Positions 34,501 to 48,246 of a stretch of DNA of 64,000 nt are shown piece after piece; position 1 is the stretch's first letter; each line of letters opens with the position of its first letter. A model generated the notes under the pieces. It was not told where the DNA came from and made no database searches. It saw nothing but the letters and a program-made list of their open reading frames with translations. Both the position numbers and the translations under genes were made by a program. The stretch spans positions 1,426,001 to 1,490,000 of the forward strand of contig OZ218957.1 in assembly GCA_965112735.1 (NCBI GenBank), read 5' to 3'. This stretch comes from Phaeosaccion multiseriatum (taxonomy: Eukaryota > Protista > Ochrophyta, other classes).

Positions 34501-35591
34501 GAGCCCAGAGCACCAACGACCCTCTCAGTGCGGATACGGACGGCGCCTTCTACAGCGCCGCAGGAGGTGACAAGAGCGTCACCTTCATTGACAAGAGACA
34601 GCAGTTGGTGATACCCCAGCAGCACCACCAGCACCAGCAGCACCAGCTCGGCACCGAGCGTCCTGCATCTGTATCACCAACTGCTGCTGATGGGGCGGCC
34701 GCTCTCTTGCATGTGCGAGAAGATATGCCCCACGGAGGAGGAGGAGGAGGAGGAGGAGGACGAGGAGGAGGAGGAGGAGGAGGAGGAGGAGGAGGAGGAG
34801 GACGAGGAGGACGAGGAGGGAGGGGTGCAGGAGGGGGACAGCATCTCCTCCACTACCGCAACCACCCCCCTCAACGCCACCAGCAGCAGCCACCGCAGCC
34901 ACCGCAGCCACCGCAGCCACCGCAGCATTCTGTGGTCCAGCACGAGCAGGAGGAGGGGGAGCCTGGACACAACGGCCACACAGCGGGGGAGGAGGGGATC
35001 AGCAACTGTGCGGTGCTCTCTTCCACAGCCATGGCGATTGCCCTGGATGACCACCCTGTCCAGCACCCCGCCAGCACCGAGATGAGGCTGATCATCGGCC
35101 GCGACGGCGGGGACGGTGCATCCGGCAAAGAAGGAGAGAGAGACGCCACCAGCTTGGTCTTTGGAGTGGGGGGGCGATCATCCTCCTTCTCCTCCTCCCC
35201 GGGCGGCGGCGCTGCCGTGTCCGACCGCCGGAGCAGTGGTGGCGTCAGTAGCATGAGCGGTATCAGTGGGATGAGCAGCGGCAGCTTTTCCAGCCCTGGC
35301 ACCGGCACCGCCTCCGCCCCTGCTGGTGGTGCTGCCTTCGCGCCCCACCACCGCCGCCTTCGCACAGACTCCATTTCTTCCTTGAATCTGAGTCAGGGTT
35401 CGGATGGGGCGGAGAGCGCAGCACTTGCAGCGCTAGGAGGAGGAGGAGGAGGAGGAGGAGGAGGATGTGGTGGGGGCTTCTCATCCCGCCGCTCCTCTTC
35501 TATTCCTTCCATGGGCTCCTTCCCCCTCATCGAGCTGTTGGGGGAGGGAGGCACCGACAGCCCGGTGCTTGAGCACTACATGGAGGCGTAG
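31593..35591 (+). CDS. Atypical E2F (E2F7/8, DEL-like) with two winged-helix DNA-binding domains; exons 31593-32657, 32937-35591
   Basis: DBD1 SLETLS...ERRRLCDILHILETIALVKREGKTCKYFWNG; DBD2 EKPLGALC...LRRLYDVINVL...LFSWNP (split by a phase-0 intron); long low-complexity tail. Confidence 0.85.
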
Positions 35592-35715
35592 GATGGCAGT
35601 CCACGTCTGGCTGCTTGACCACTACATGGAGGTTAGCAGCAGCGTAGACAGCAACGTAGGTAGCGTACTATAAATAGCAGCAGATGGATGGCTGCTGGTA
35701 GAAGTGTAGTTGTGC

Positions 35716-35746
<31 letters not shown>

Positions 35747-36416
35747 ACGCGCGTCGTAGTAAGACTGCCTGTCTTCACGCACGCACTTGCACGGACGCAC
35801 ACGCACGCACACACACACACGCGCACGCACGCACGCACGCACAAGCAGGACTTGTTCCTTGGTTTAGTAGGGGCGCTTTCGTTCCGTTGTGATGTACCTT
35901 TTTTTTCCTCGCTTGCTGTTGGTGTGGGCAGGGCATGCAGCCTACCATTGGCTGGTGGCTGTGTGGACGGCTTTCGGCGTGTTGATTTGATGCAGCAATG
36001 ATGTGTCGTTGATCATTTCTAGTGAAAGCTAGCAGCCAGACAGCAGAGAAGACAGGCCCACACCCGCCCCCCTCTTTATATCTATAACATACTATATGTA
36101 GAAGAAACTCGTGACCCAACCCACCCCCTGAAGAGTAGACCAACCACGACCAAGTCATGCCAAACGGGCTGATCCGCGTCGATGCAGAGCAAAGCAAAGC
36201 AGAGCTAAGCAAAGCAATGCTACTGCCTTCCACTGCCTTCCACTGGTGTTGTAAGCACACCTCCGCTTCATTCAGGTCTTTAGCCGCAACGCGCACGCTC
36301 CTCCTACGGGAAGGGAGCCTGACCACGAACCTTTTCCACTACCTGCTGGACGCTGCGTACGCCTGGGTCATCGACTTATTTCAGGGAGTGCGGCTCTTAC
36401 GTCTGGAGCGACAGCG

Positions 36417-36472
36417 CTGCCTTCCACTGCCTTCCACTGCCTTCCACTGCCTTCCACTGCCTTCCACTGCCT
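36417..36472. repeat. 10-bp minisatellite (CCTTCCACTG)n
   Basis: Five tandem units; two more units at 36224-36245. Confidence 0.9.
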
Positions 36473-36570
36473 CCCGCTTAATGCATATATATGCACTGCG
36501 GCCTTCCACTCGGAGAAGGGTTCTTCCCGGTCTCGCGTGTGGAAGGTACATTGGCCTAGAGCCTGTTGCG

Positions 36571-39500
36571 TCAAGTCTGTTGGAGGCTCAAGTACATCTT
36601 CCTCGCTGCGTGGTGCTTCGCCTCCTTCTTCGTCCTTCCCACCCCCACCTCCGCGCGCTGCTGTATCACCAACTGCTCCGGCGGCCTCCGAATGTCCCCT
36701 CCCTCGATAACGATAACTCTGCAATGGAAGGTGGGTTGGTGTGACTGACCATCCCTCTGCATGGTGTATATGGGGGGCTGCCACCTCAGCCGCTGACATA
36801 ACGTGTTGAGAAGCGATACTGGAGTACGCACTCCCCCACCCGCGCCAACCACGTCTCCTCTCCCTCCTCCTCCGGCGCCGATCATCGCGGATCCCGAACC
36901 CTGCCTGCCCCCCTGGGGAGCCCGCACACCCCCGCCTCCCCCGATGAGGTCGTCTCCTCCTCCTCCTCCTCCTCCTCCTCCTCCTCGTCCTCCTCGTCCT
37001 CGAGCGAATAGGCCACCACCGCTAGTGCTCCAGCTGCTGCTGCGGCTGCTGTACGTGGCCGTGGCGTGGGGACCAGCCGCTGCTGCCGCTGCTGCTGCCG
37101 CTGCTGCTCCCGCCACTGGGCCAGCCATGTTTGTATCCCCTACACGTACGTCATCCACCCTCTGCGAGCGCTCATCTCTCTGGGAGGAGTCAGCTCTTTG
37201 GGAGGACTCAGTCCTCTGGGAAGAGGAGGAGGGGGAGGGGGAAGGGGGGGAGGAGTCCATGGCCCAGCTCGCCCAGTTCCTGGATGACCCCTCCTTAGGC
37301 CCTATGACGCCGGAGCGGCCTGCAGCTGAGCGGTCCGCTGCCACTGAGCCAGCGGCGGCGAGGGCTCCTTTCTGCTGCTGCTCCGTCTCGAGAAAGGGCT
37401 GAACAAGGGCTACTTCCGCTGCCGCTGCTGCTGCTCCTCCTCCTCCTGCTGATGCTGTATCACCAACGGTTGCCACTGGAGCCATGGCGCTGCTCAGAGG
37501 GGATAACAGCCCTGCCTCTGAGGTGGTTGAAGGCGGGGATGAGGAAGTCGGTAATGACGACGGCGAAGACGACGTCATCAGTTGATGAGACGGGGGCATC
37601 GATAGAGGCATCGATAGAGGCATCGATAGAGGCATCGTCATGAGGTTGCTAGCAGATGCAGCTTCAATCAGCCCCCCCAGCCCTGCCAGCTCCCCAACAA
37701 GACCGTCCTGGGGGTAGGCGGAGAAGGAGGGAGAGGACGAGGAGGAGGCTGCGGAGGAGGAGTAGGAGGAGGAGGTGGTGATGCCCTGTCTCCGCCTCCG
37801 TCTCTGTCTCTGGTGGGGCTCCGAGTAGTCATAGTCTTTGCTGCCCGTCGGTTGCCATTCCCCCGTCTGCTGCCATCCATCCCCTCTGCGTAGCGCCTTT
37901 GCGTGGCCGGCCCCCTGCCTGAGGAGAGGCGTTTCGTTGTCGAGCAGTATCATGGAGAAGGGGGGTAAGAAAAAAGGTTTGTCCCAATGGTCACGGGGGG
38001 AGTGGGGGCTGAAAAGCCCCGGCCAATCCGTCAGTCAGTCAGTCAGCCTTAGAGGCTTCAGAGGGCTCAGGGGCTCGGCCAGCTTGCCTCGTGTTTGCTT
38101 GCTTGCCTTGCTTGCCTTGCTTTCCTTCCTTGCCTTGCTTGCCTTGCTTTCCTTCCTTGCCTTGCTTGCCTGGCTTGCCTCGCTTGCCTTGCATGGCTTG
38201 CCTTCTTCTGCTCTGTTCTCTAATCGATGCAGCTCATACACCTTCGCTCTGCCCATACACCTTCGCTCTGCTCATACGCCTTCGCTCTACCCATCCACTT
38301 CGCTCTACCCTGCCCTTCTCTCTAACCTGTGCTGCTGGAAACTTGCTTCTCCCGTGCTCCATACGTTGCACACGTCGCAATATAAGTTGTGCCCAATCAG
38401 CCGTATCACCTGTGCTCATGGATGGCAGCGGATAGATCGTGGTGCATGTATGAGATTAAACATGAGTCAGTGGGTGAGTGAGTGAATGAGTGAGTGAGTG
38501 AGTGAGTGAGTGAGTGAGTGAGTAAGTGAGTGAGTGAGTGAGTGAGTGAGTGAGTGAGTGAGTGAATGAGTGAGTGAGTGAGTGAGTGAGTGAGTGAGTG
38601 AGTGATTGAGTCATTGAGTGATTGAATGAATGAGTGAGTGAGTGAGTGAGTGAGTGAGTAAGTGAGTGAGTGAGTGAGTGAGTGAGTGAGTGAGTGAGAA
38701 GTGAGTGGTGAAAGCATCACTTACCTCGCACTTGCAGGAGTCCCCACCACCCCTCCTGACACAAGGATCCTCGCGGTTCTTGTCCTCCTCGTCCTCCCCT
38801 CCACCAGCAGTTGGTGACACAGCAGCACCAGCAGCACCAGCATCACCAGTAGAAAGCTTAGCACCAGCCCTATGGCTGGAATGGTCCCGATGATTTCTCC
38901 GCCGTCCGCAGCCGTCCTCTCGGACGATGAGAGCAATGGAGTGCGTGCTGCAGAAGTGCTCCAAGCTTGGCAATGCCGGGGTACGGCTTGCAGTGCGCGA
39001 TGCCAGTGCGGTGTCCGTGTCGACCCACCCTTGTTCTCCTCCTCCTCCTCCTCCTCCTCCTCGTCCTCCTCCTCCTCCTCCTCCTCCTCCTTCTCTTTCC
39101 ACCCCACCTCCTGCTCCACCACCTCCTCCCCTTCTCCTTCTGCCGCTCGCCGCCGCGTCAGCAGAAGGAGCAGTAACGACAGCAGCAGCAAGAGCCCTTT
39201 GCACACTCTGTGCCCTCTGATGAGCGCTCTGTGTGCTCTGTATATGGCGCAGGCACTGCACCGCGGCCTCTCTCCGCCACTCTACGCACGACAGAGTCTT
39301 ATCAATGCTGCGAGCTCGGAACCCCTCCGGGCTGAACTCCTTCGCGTCCAGGCTCTGCAGCTCCGGCGGCAGCTGTTGCACCATCACTGACATAGTAGTG
39401 GCACCGCTGCCGCTCCTTGAGGGCACAGCCGCGTACGTCGGACCAGCTCCAGCCCCGGCTCGAACCCCAACACCGCTGATGGCCGCGCAGTAAGCCAAGA

Positions 39501-40664
39501 GTAGACCGGGGGCCTCTTCGTCTCTCAGCCACCGGCGGAACGACGGGCAAACGCACTCCTTGTCTCTGCCCAGCTCGCCCGCGACATTCACCATGTTCAT
39601 CTCCCCTGCACTTGTCCATGAGTTGCCATCGAGCACGGCAGTAGAGGTCAAGTGGAGTAGAGTGGAAAGGAGTGAGCGCGGAGCCTAGCCATAGGCCCGA
39701 TCTAGGCCCAGGCCCTCTCCCTCCAAAACCCACATGCACTCACATGTACTCAAAGTACTCACTCACTCACTTACACACTCACTTGCACGCACACACACAC
39801 ACGCACTCACATGTCCTCAAATCGCACGCGCACAAACACCCTCACCTCTCATTGCCTTACTGGCGAGCCTCATAAGCTCCGCCTCCATCGCCTTAAACAG
39901 CTCGAGCTGCCGGATTTCTGCCGTCCCAGGGCGACCCAAGATGACGTACACACCTTGACGAGCCCTTGCCCTCCCCCTGCTCTGTATCCAGGCGGCGATG
40001 CTCGACGGCATGTCGTATCTGTTGGACAGGAAGACCGAACGGTTACATGGCGGTTACAAGACGGCAGCCAGTACCTGACGGAGAGGCTCTGGCGGCGGCC
40101 ATCTATTGCCATCCATTGCCGTCCGTTCGCAGAGAGAGGGAGAGAGAGAAGAGGGAGAGAGGGGGTCGTACCTGACCACGTGTCGACACGTGGAGATGTC
40201 GAGTCCCTCCTCCCCGACACTAGTGGCGACGAGGACGTTGCACATGCCCGCTCGAAAGTCGTCCAACACGCTGTGCTGCCCCACTGCTCCCATCCCGCTT
40301 CTCCTCCTACTCCGTGTGAGGCTACTCATGCTGCTCGTGATGGTGGACATTTCGGACACACTGCTGCTTCGGCCACTCACGCTCAGCGGCCTCCCCTCCT
40401 CCTCATCCTCCTCCTCCTCATCGTCGTCGTCGTCCCCCTCGTCGCCCCCCTCCTCGTCCTCCTCCTCGTCCCAGCCACCGTGGCCTAAAAGCACGCCCAC
40501 ACGTGCCCCACGCTGCTGCAGCTCCGCGTCTCGCTCCACGAGAGCCTGCAAAGCCATGGCAGTGCGCTTACGCTGCGTGAACACCATCACTCTATGGGTG
40601 GATGGCAGTGGGTGGGCGGGAGAGGCGGTAGTGCCAGGCTCTGCCTCCACAAGCGCATGCACAT

Positions 40665-40710
<46 letters not shown>

Positions 40711-41196
40711 GCACACATGGAGCAGGATACACACACATATGGCACACAAAAGGGACCGTGGGGGGGGGTACTCATCAGCATCGACACACGCGTTTCACGG
40801 CCCCCTCTTCTTCTTTTTCTACTCTTGCTTGCTCGCCTCACCTCTCTCGTCCAACACAAGCTTCAGCTCCTTCAAAAGCGCGTCCGTCTTTGGAGATCCA
40901 TGGCTGTGCTGGCGTGAGTCGGAGCCAGCTCCTTGCCTTCCTCCTCCTCCACCTCCTCCTTCCCCTCCTTCCCCTCCTCCTCCCCCTCCTCCACCTCCTC
41001 CTTCTCCCCGCCTCGAAATGCGTCGCGGCCCTGTAGAGGCCTCTAAGTCGTGGCCATGCCGCAGCGGGTCCTCCAGCGGCTCGAGCAGCACCTCCCGCAG
41101 CAGTCGTAGATGCTCGTCCTCCTCCTCCTTGACTCGGAAACCCTCCTCCTCCTCCTCCTCCTCCTCCTCCTCCTCCTCCTCCTCCTCCTCCTCTTC

Positions 41197-41227
<31 letters not shown>

Positions 41228-42821
41228 ACATAGCCTTCCTCCACCGCCGCCATCGCCACCGCCAGGCCGCGTGCCTCCTCCCTCCACCCCGTGCCTTCTG
41301 GCGAGGCGTCGGATCGCCCTCCTGCTTGCCCTCCTGCTTGCCCTCCTGCTTGTGAGGAGGAGACCCCCCACCGCTGTCGCCGCCGCTGAAGAGCCTCGCT
41401 CACCTCCCGATGGAGGAGGAGGGCGCTGTCACGGACTCTTCTACGCACGTTGTCGGGGTTACCGCCGCAGTCGAACCACTCTCCCATCTGTACGTGAATC
41501 GGTTCCATGCATGCAAACAGACAGAGAGAGATAGACGGAGAGACAGAGAGCGCGCGCGCAAGAGAGAGAGAGACAGAGAGGGAGAGAGACAAAGAGTGTC
41601 GGGGTTACCGCCGCAGTCGAACCACTCTCCCATCTGTACGTGAATCGGTTCCATGCATGCAAACAGACAGAGAGAGATAGACGGAGAGACAGAGAGCGCG
41701 CGCGCAAGAGAGAGAGAGACAGAGAGGGAGAGAGACAAAGAGTGAGAGACAGAGATAGACAGAGAGAGGGGGCGAGACACACAGCCGCACACACACAGAG
41801 AGAGAGACCAAAAGTCAAAGCCGCCACCCCTAGATTGATAGATCATAGATAGACAGAGAAGAGAGGGTATTCAAGTCGGTCAATCGAGCGAAGACAGACA
41901 ATCTAGCCGTGAGCGGTCCGGCACCTCGACCTTTCACTGCCTTCCCTTCTCTCTCTCACAGCTCCACCACTTAGTGTATGCCCTCCTGTCAGTCAGTCAC
42001 TCAATCAGTCACTTACTCCATCACTCACTCACCACTCACTCACTCACTCACTCACTCACTCACTCACTCACTCACTACCTCACTCACTATCTTACTCACC
42101 AGCTCGACCACTCTGGTCAGGTGCCGGACGGCTGACTCTGAAAGGGTCGGTGCGTAAGCCCTCGCTGTATCACCAACTGCTGCTGCTATCTTGCCCTTCG
42201 CAACGCCTCCTCCTTCTCCCCCTTGTGCTTCCGTCGCTTCACCTCCCATCCCAGCCGCCATCGTGCCCTTCCAGCCGCTCAGCCACACCCGCAGCTCCTC
42301 CACTTGGAAGCTACACTCTGCCTTGCCACATCCGTCTCCACTCTCATTCTCATTTGGCGACGACGACAACGTCGACCACGTCTTTAGCAGTATGGGCACG
42401 TCGCCTTGGCTCTGAAGCACCGCAGCCTCCTCCACTGGGAGCACGCCCCCTGTTGGTGGATCCCCTTGTTGCGCCACTCTACGTCGCGGTGAGAGGAGTT
42501 CGAGAAGGCGCAGGAAGTGCTCACTCATCATTCTGTAGGTGCGCGTGTTGGTCGTTCGTATGGGCCAGTTGTTAGTTGTTTGGGTCATTCGCGCCAGTGA
42601 GTCAGTGCCGTGGAGGGATGTGATGGAGAGGTAGGGACGGCGGGCAAACGAAGCAAGGCAGGAAAGGAGGAGGGAGCGGGGGAGGGGGATGGGTTAGTTC
42701 CATCGAAGGATAGGAGCGAATGATAAGAGTGCGACCAAACCATCACGCATTCACACGGACGGCGGAACAGCCCCAAGCCTCCCCTCCTGTCCTACCATGC
42801 ACGCGCGCACGCACACACCCA

Positions 42822-42857
<36 letters not shown>

Positions 42858-44506
42858 CTCACCGGTCCAGCTGCCATGCCGCACTGCCTACCTTGCAGTA
42901 GAGAAGTGACACACGGGTCAGGGGCTCCACCACATGGCGCTGTAGATCGCGGACGTCGTGGTCTGACTCGGGGGTGAGAAGGGCTGCCTTGTCGAGCTGC
43001 CAGCAGAGACGGGACATGTTCAGCTTGAGTCGTTGGAGGGCATGTCTGAGGCTGGGGCGAGAGGAGGAAGAGCCACTGCCCTTCTGCACGGGGGAGGCGG
43101 ACATTCCGAACACTTTGGGCCGCTGAGGAGAGGGGAGATAGAGGAAAGGAGAGAGAGAGAAGGGGGGGGAGGGGAGAGCGAGAGAGAGAGAGAGGGAGTG
43201 TGAGTTTCTTCGCTTCCCTGTTAGGGGTTGCTGTTTCGCCATCTGTGAGTGTGCTTGGCTTACCATCTCCTTGGGAAGAGGCTCGTAGTGCCTTCGCATG
43301 AGCTCCGAGAAGGGGTGCTTCTTACCGCAGTGATGGACCTCGTCGATGACTGCAGAGCAGATTCGCAGATGGCAGCGTCGGGGGGGGGGGGGGAGGAGGG
43401 GTCAGTTGATTGTGGGTAACAACATGTTAAGGGGCCGGGCCGTTGGATAAGTTCCCCTCCCACTCCTTCCTAACTCCCACTCACTCCCACTCACTCCCTT
43501 TGACTCCCACTCAGACCCATTCACTCCCACCCACACTCACCCTCCCACTCCCACTCTCACTTCCTTCCACTCAAACTCCAATTTATTTACACTTCCACTT
43601 CCACTACCGCTCCGACTCCCTCCCTCCCACCCAAGCAACCCCACTCACCCAAGAGCGACACCTCTCTAAGACTGAGCAGCGCTCCTCCCTCCGCCCCCAA
43701 CAGGGTCAACAGCAGCCCTGCCGTAAGAACTACGCAGTCCGCTTCGGCCCAGATACGTGCCCAGCAAGCCGCGCCACCGGGGGGAGCGGTTCCTCCGCTA
43801 TAACCCTCCACCTGCGTGCAGTTTCGAGGGTTTCATTGTGTGTATCAGATCACCGTGCCCGCGTCCCCACATACCCGATTAGTCTATCAAGAGGTTGGTG
43901 ACGAGGTAGGCGCCCACCGGGTAGAGAAGAAGCGAAGCAAGACGTCCCTCCCAGCTAGCAAAGAGAGTGAAAGTGAGACAGTGGATGGTGGAGAGCGAGG
44001 GGAGAGTGGAGAGTGGAGGGAGGATGTGTATGTCGAGTACCCCGTGTCCTCCTGCTACCTTCCTGCCTTGCTTGCCTGTACTAGCTCCGTCTGGTCGTAG
44101 AGTGCCTTCTGCTGCTGCAGGACCAGGGGGACTCTGTCCACCACAAACAGCGTGAGCTGAGAAGGCCGTACCGACTCCACCATCCACTCCACAAGCTTGG
44201 CCGCGATTAGGGTCTTGCCCGTGCCTATTCAGGAGGGTAGGGGTAGGGTAGGCTGGGTTAGTAGGGAGGTAGATAGGAAAGGAAAGTCAGGCATTGGCTG
44301 ACCGAATGACAAACGGACTCATTGACACCAGGTACTGACTGATGGACTGACTGACACCAGGTACTGCCTGATGGACTGACGCCAAGATACTGACCTGTGG
44401 GTAGCGCTAGAATGTGGTTGCTCCGTATTTCTTCCTGCGCCCGCTGCGACGACAAGAGAGAGAGTGGGAAGAGAGAGAGAGTGAGAAAGACAGACAGAGG
44501 GAGAGG

Positions 44507-44541
<35 letters not shown>

Positions 44542-46691
44542 GTAGAGAGAGTAGAAAGCGAAGGAGAGAGGAGGAGGGAAGGAGAGAATGACGGTGACGC
44601 GCTGGCTGTGCGCTCTCTTAACCACCGACACTCACAAGCGCTCAACCCCCCAAACCCCCACCACACCAGAAGTCTCCAAACCTTTCCACTACTTCATACC
44701 ACACCTGCAGCATCGAGCGCTGATAGTCTCTCAGCTCATGTGTGGGAGCGTGGCGGCGTCGCTGCTTCTCGGCCTTCTCCTCCGCCTCTTTGCTTCCCTT
44801 TCTCCTCCCCTCTCTACCCTCTCTGCCTTCCCTTCTCCCCATGCTGTCGTCCTCCTGCTGCCATGGCCCACCATTGTACTTTGTCTTCCTTCGGTTATTG
44901 CGACGCAAGGCGAGCAGAGCGCGTCCTTGCTCCTCCTTCCTCCGCCTCTCCGCCTCTTTCCTCTCCCTCTCCTCGGCCTCTGCCTTCTCCCGCTCCTCGC
45001 GCTTGTCCCACAGGAGCTGAGCCTGGGTCAGGACAGGGGGGGTCAGGGGAGGGAAAGCCACGCACGTCAAGCATGTACGTGAGTGGTGGTGCGCGCGTTC
45101 CAAGAAACAAGAAACAAAAGAGAGATGGGGGAAGGGAGAGAGGGCACTACAGTTGGCAACAATCGATGCACAAAACATGAGGAACGCGGCCGAGACAAGA
45201 GGTCCATCCGTCAGTAGCACGGCGCGCCGTCTCAGCCGCCAGAGCCAAAGGCTCAAAGGGCATCGAGCGAGTGGCGGTAAGCGATGCCAGGCAGCACCAC
45301 AATGCCAGCACCTTTTCGTTCATTCAGCGCTGCTGTCTTGCTTCTGGGAGGGGGCATGGCGCTCTTCTCTCCTTCCCTCCGCCTCTTCCTCCCTCCTTCC
45401 CTCCCTCCCCGCTCCTTACCTGTTTGCTCCCCTCCGCCACCCACTCCCCGTCTGCGTGGGTCAAGACCGTTTCGCCTCTGAAGAGCGTCGCCGCGGCTCT
45501 CTTGGCGATGGTCGCTCGTAACTTTACATGACCTCCGAAGGCGGAGCTGTGTCGGCTTTCTCCTCCCTCTTCTTCTCCTCCTCCTCCTTCTCCTCCTCCT
45601 CCTCCTCCTCCTCCTCCTCCTCCTCCTCCTCCTCCTCCTCCGCCGCCGCCGCCGCCGCCTTCTTCTGTGCTAAGACGAGACCACCACAGCTCCTGCACTG
45701 CCTTCTCCAAGTGAGAGATGCGCGAAGCTGTGTCCATACCTCTGCTCAACTCTGCCGACAGTCGGGACCATCCCTCCTGCGGTCTCCTTATGCCATTCGG
45801 TCTATCATCAGCAGCATCAGCATCAGCATCAGCATCAGCATCATCATCATCGTCTCGGGAGGGGTCTGCAGAGCAGGGAGGGGCCACAACAAGGAAGGTA
45901 TCTTGGTCCGTCGCCTGCTCTAACCGCTTGCAAATACTCTCCCCGACGCTGCGAGCCATCGTACACCCCAGCGCATCCTCCTGAGGCGCCGTGACGAGGA
46001 CAAAGATGTCTGGCAGCGAAGGGATGGGGGGCACACTTGCAGATGATTCGGCGGCCCCACCCCCAACCCCGCCCCCACTACTGGCGCTGCTGCCTCTCCG
46101 GAGATGTCTTGTTGCTGAGGCGGGCTCTTGTGCTCCTTCCTCTTTCGTCGAGGGAAGAAGCTTGTGCTCCCAGCCTCTTCGCTGCGCGCGTGATAGAGCT
46201 CGAAAGAGCAGCACCATGCCCTCACTGGCCTCACGTAGGCGCGGATCTCCTTCATCGGAGGGGTCAGTTGAGGTTTCCTCTTCTGCGCCGTGCTTGAGGA
46301 ACACGGTAAGCAGCACTACCTCTTTCCGCAACACCTCCTCCATTGTCAGGTGCTGAGGAGGCGGAGGGGGCGGAGGAGGGTCTTCGGTCGTCCTGTTTTC
46401 AGCAGCAGGGGCCTTCAAGCGTAACACGTCGCGCAGGCACTCTGCTAAGCTTACTCCCTTAGTATCAGCCGCACTCGGAGGCGAGCTCTCTAACGCCGAC
46501 GAGTCAAGAAGGCCCAAGGAGCCGGGGGAGCGTTGTGGTGGTGGAGAAATGTCGTGATACACGTGGAGGACAGAACCACCCCCCACCTCCTTTAGATCGT
46601 CATCAAGCCAATTCGCGCACAGAGCTCGCGACGCGTGCGGTGTCTCATTCCAGTCTGCCCGAAGGCTCCGCACAGCGCCTCCGCGGTTCAT
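36571..46691 (-). CDS. Dicer/RIG-I-family DExH helicase with DUF283-like region, matrin/JAZ-type zinc finger and C-terminal dsRBM; multi-exon; 5' end uncertain
   Basis: LRDYQ; LPTG|TGKT; FVVDRVPLVLQQ; VDEVHH; GMSASP; SPKTDAL; VMVFTQRK; VLVATSVGEEGLDISTC; AWIQSRGRARA. Exon 38409-38327 splices in frame to 37918, giving YCDVCNVWSTGEASFQQHRQGAGH. The terminal dsRBM reads PVSLLNTLCQ...F.C.V...GVGRTKKEAKHHAA. Inclusion of exon 46691-45420 is inferred. Confidence 0.8.
38464..38706. repeat. (GAGT)n intronic microsatellite
   Basis: Long TGAG tetranucleotide array; similar arrays at 9683-9750 and 41990-42090. Confidence 0.95.
41451..41742. repeat. 146-bp tandem duplication spanning an intron/exon boundary
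   Basis: TGTCGGGGTTACCGCC... starts at both 41451 and 41597, and the copies appear identical. Confidence 0.9.
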
Positions 46692-46994
46692 CAGGCCCCG
46701 TCGAGCTCGCTCCCCCGCTCCTCTTGCGTGCTCGTCCTACTGCCTCCTTTTCCGCACCTCGGCGTGACTCATGTAAGAAAGCAGGTTTGCGTCTAAGGCA
46801 GATACAGTAGCGGGGGGAGGAGGGAGCGAGCGCGCGAGGAGGAACGAAAGGAACTTGTTCCAACAAAGGGCGACGACCTTGCAAGATTCGAATCCGCCCG
46901 CCTCCACCATCATCCCCCTCCATTTTTTTATTTTTTTTTCCTCTCTTCCTTCGAAGATATATACTCTTCTCCTCTTCTTTCCAGGCAGTTGGAC

Positions 46995-48214
46995 ATGAAG
47001 GAGGGAGTCCTGCTACTCACTGCTGCTGTAGCTTTTTCTGCGGAACGTGTGGGTGGCTTCTCTTCCCCAGCGACTACTTTACTTCCAGCGCCAGTTCAGA
47101 GCAGCAGGAACAACAACAGGGCCCTGGCCTGGGACTCTGTCGGACTCCCTTTGCAAAGGCGAAGGCCGTCAATCGGAGTGTGGGCTGCCTCGGAACAGCT
47201 CTCTGATGAGAAGGGCGGGAGCAAGCCGCGAGTAGCACGATGGTATTCGGATCCGAGGCTACAAGTGTGAGTGGGATTGGACCATAAGAGTTTTTTTTTA
47301 AGCCCAGACCATACAATATGACACCTCCCCCTCCTCTCGCCCCCCCCTCTCCCTATCAAATCTGGGGATATCCCTCTTTCTTCCTTCCCCCCCCCCCCCT
47401 CTCTTTCCAACCCTCTCTCCGTTTTTTGGCGTCCTTCCCCGTTTCTCTGGCACCACTCTCTCTCAACTCTCTCTCCCTCTCCCCCTCCTTCTCTCTCTCT
47501 CACACACGCGCTCGAATTATCTCTCTCCCTCCCCCTCTCTCTCCCTCTCTCTCACTCTCTCCAACCCCCCGCTCCCTCCCCTCCTCAGGCTGAAATACTC
47601 AGCCCTCCAAATCCTCCTCATCCCCTTAACCCACGTGCCCGGAGTATTATTATTATCATTGGCAGGAATAGGGCAGCTGACGCAACTGCTGGGGTTCGAG
47701 GGGCTGACGCAAATGCTGCTGCGCCTATTCTGCACCGCCCCTGCCTTTGGCGTGGTCATGGCGCTGGACGGACTCCGAGGCGCTGCCAGGAAGAGGAACC
47801 TCTCCTCAGACACCTATCGGAGGCTCAACCTCGGCCTGGTACGTCCATTGAGTGCCATCCTTTCTCTGGCTGACTGACTGTCTGTCGATCTGTGTGTACT
47901 ATCCTCTCTCGTTCATCCTTTGGTGTGGGCGGTCGGGTCCATCATCCTCCCTCAATCACCCCAGCCCCCGTCCCTCCCCGTCCTCCCCCCCCCCCCCACT
48001 CTCCTCTCATTCACCTCAGGCGGCGCTAGGTGTGGGGCACTTTCTAATATCGCTCCTACTGCTGCTCGACGATGTCCCGTCGTGGAGAGACTGGCGGAGG
48101 GTGTTGCGATTCACCTCCACCCTCGTGCCTTCGCTCCTCATGATAGACCTCGGCCTGTCTGCGTGGTACTTTTCCCTCACCAGCAGGGGAAGCAGTACCA
48201 GTAGTAGTAGTGGT

Positions 48215-48246
<32 letters not shown>

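Noticed and set aside
36571-37953. Stand-alone dsRBM gene
   Set aside because: A zinc finger is completed only by splicing from exon 38409-38327, tying it to the upstream helicase gene.
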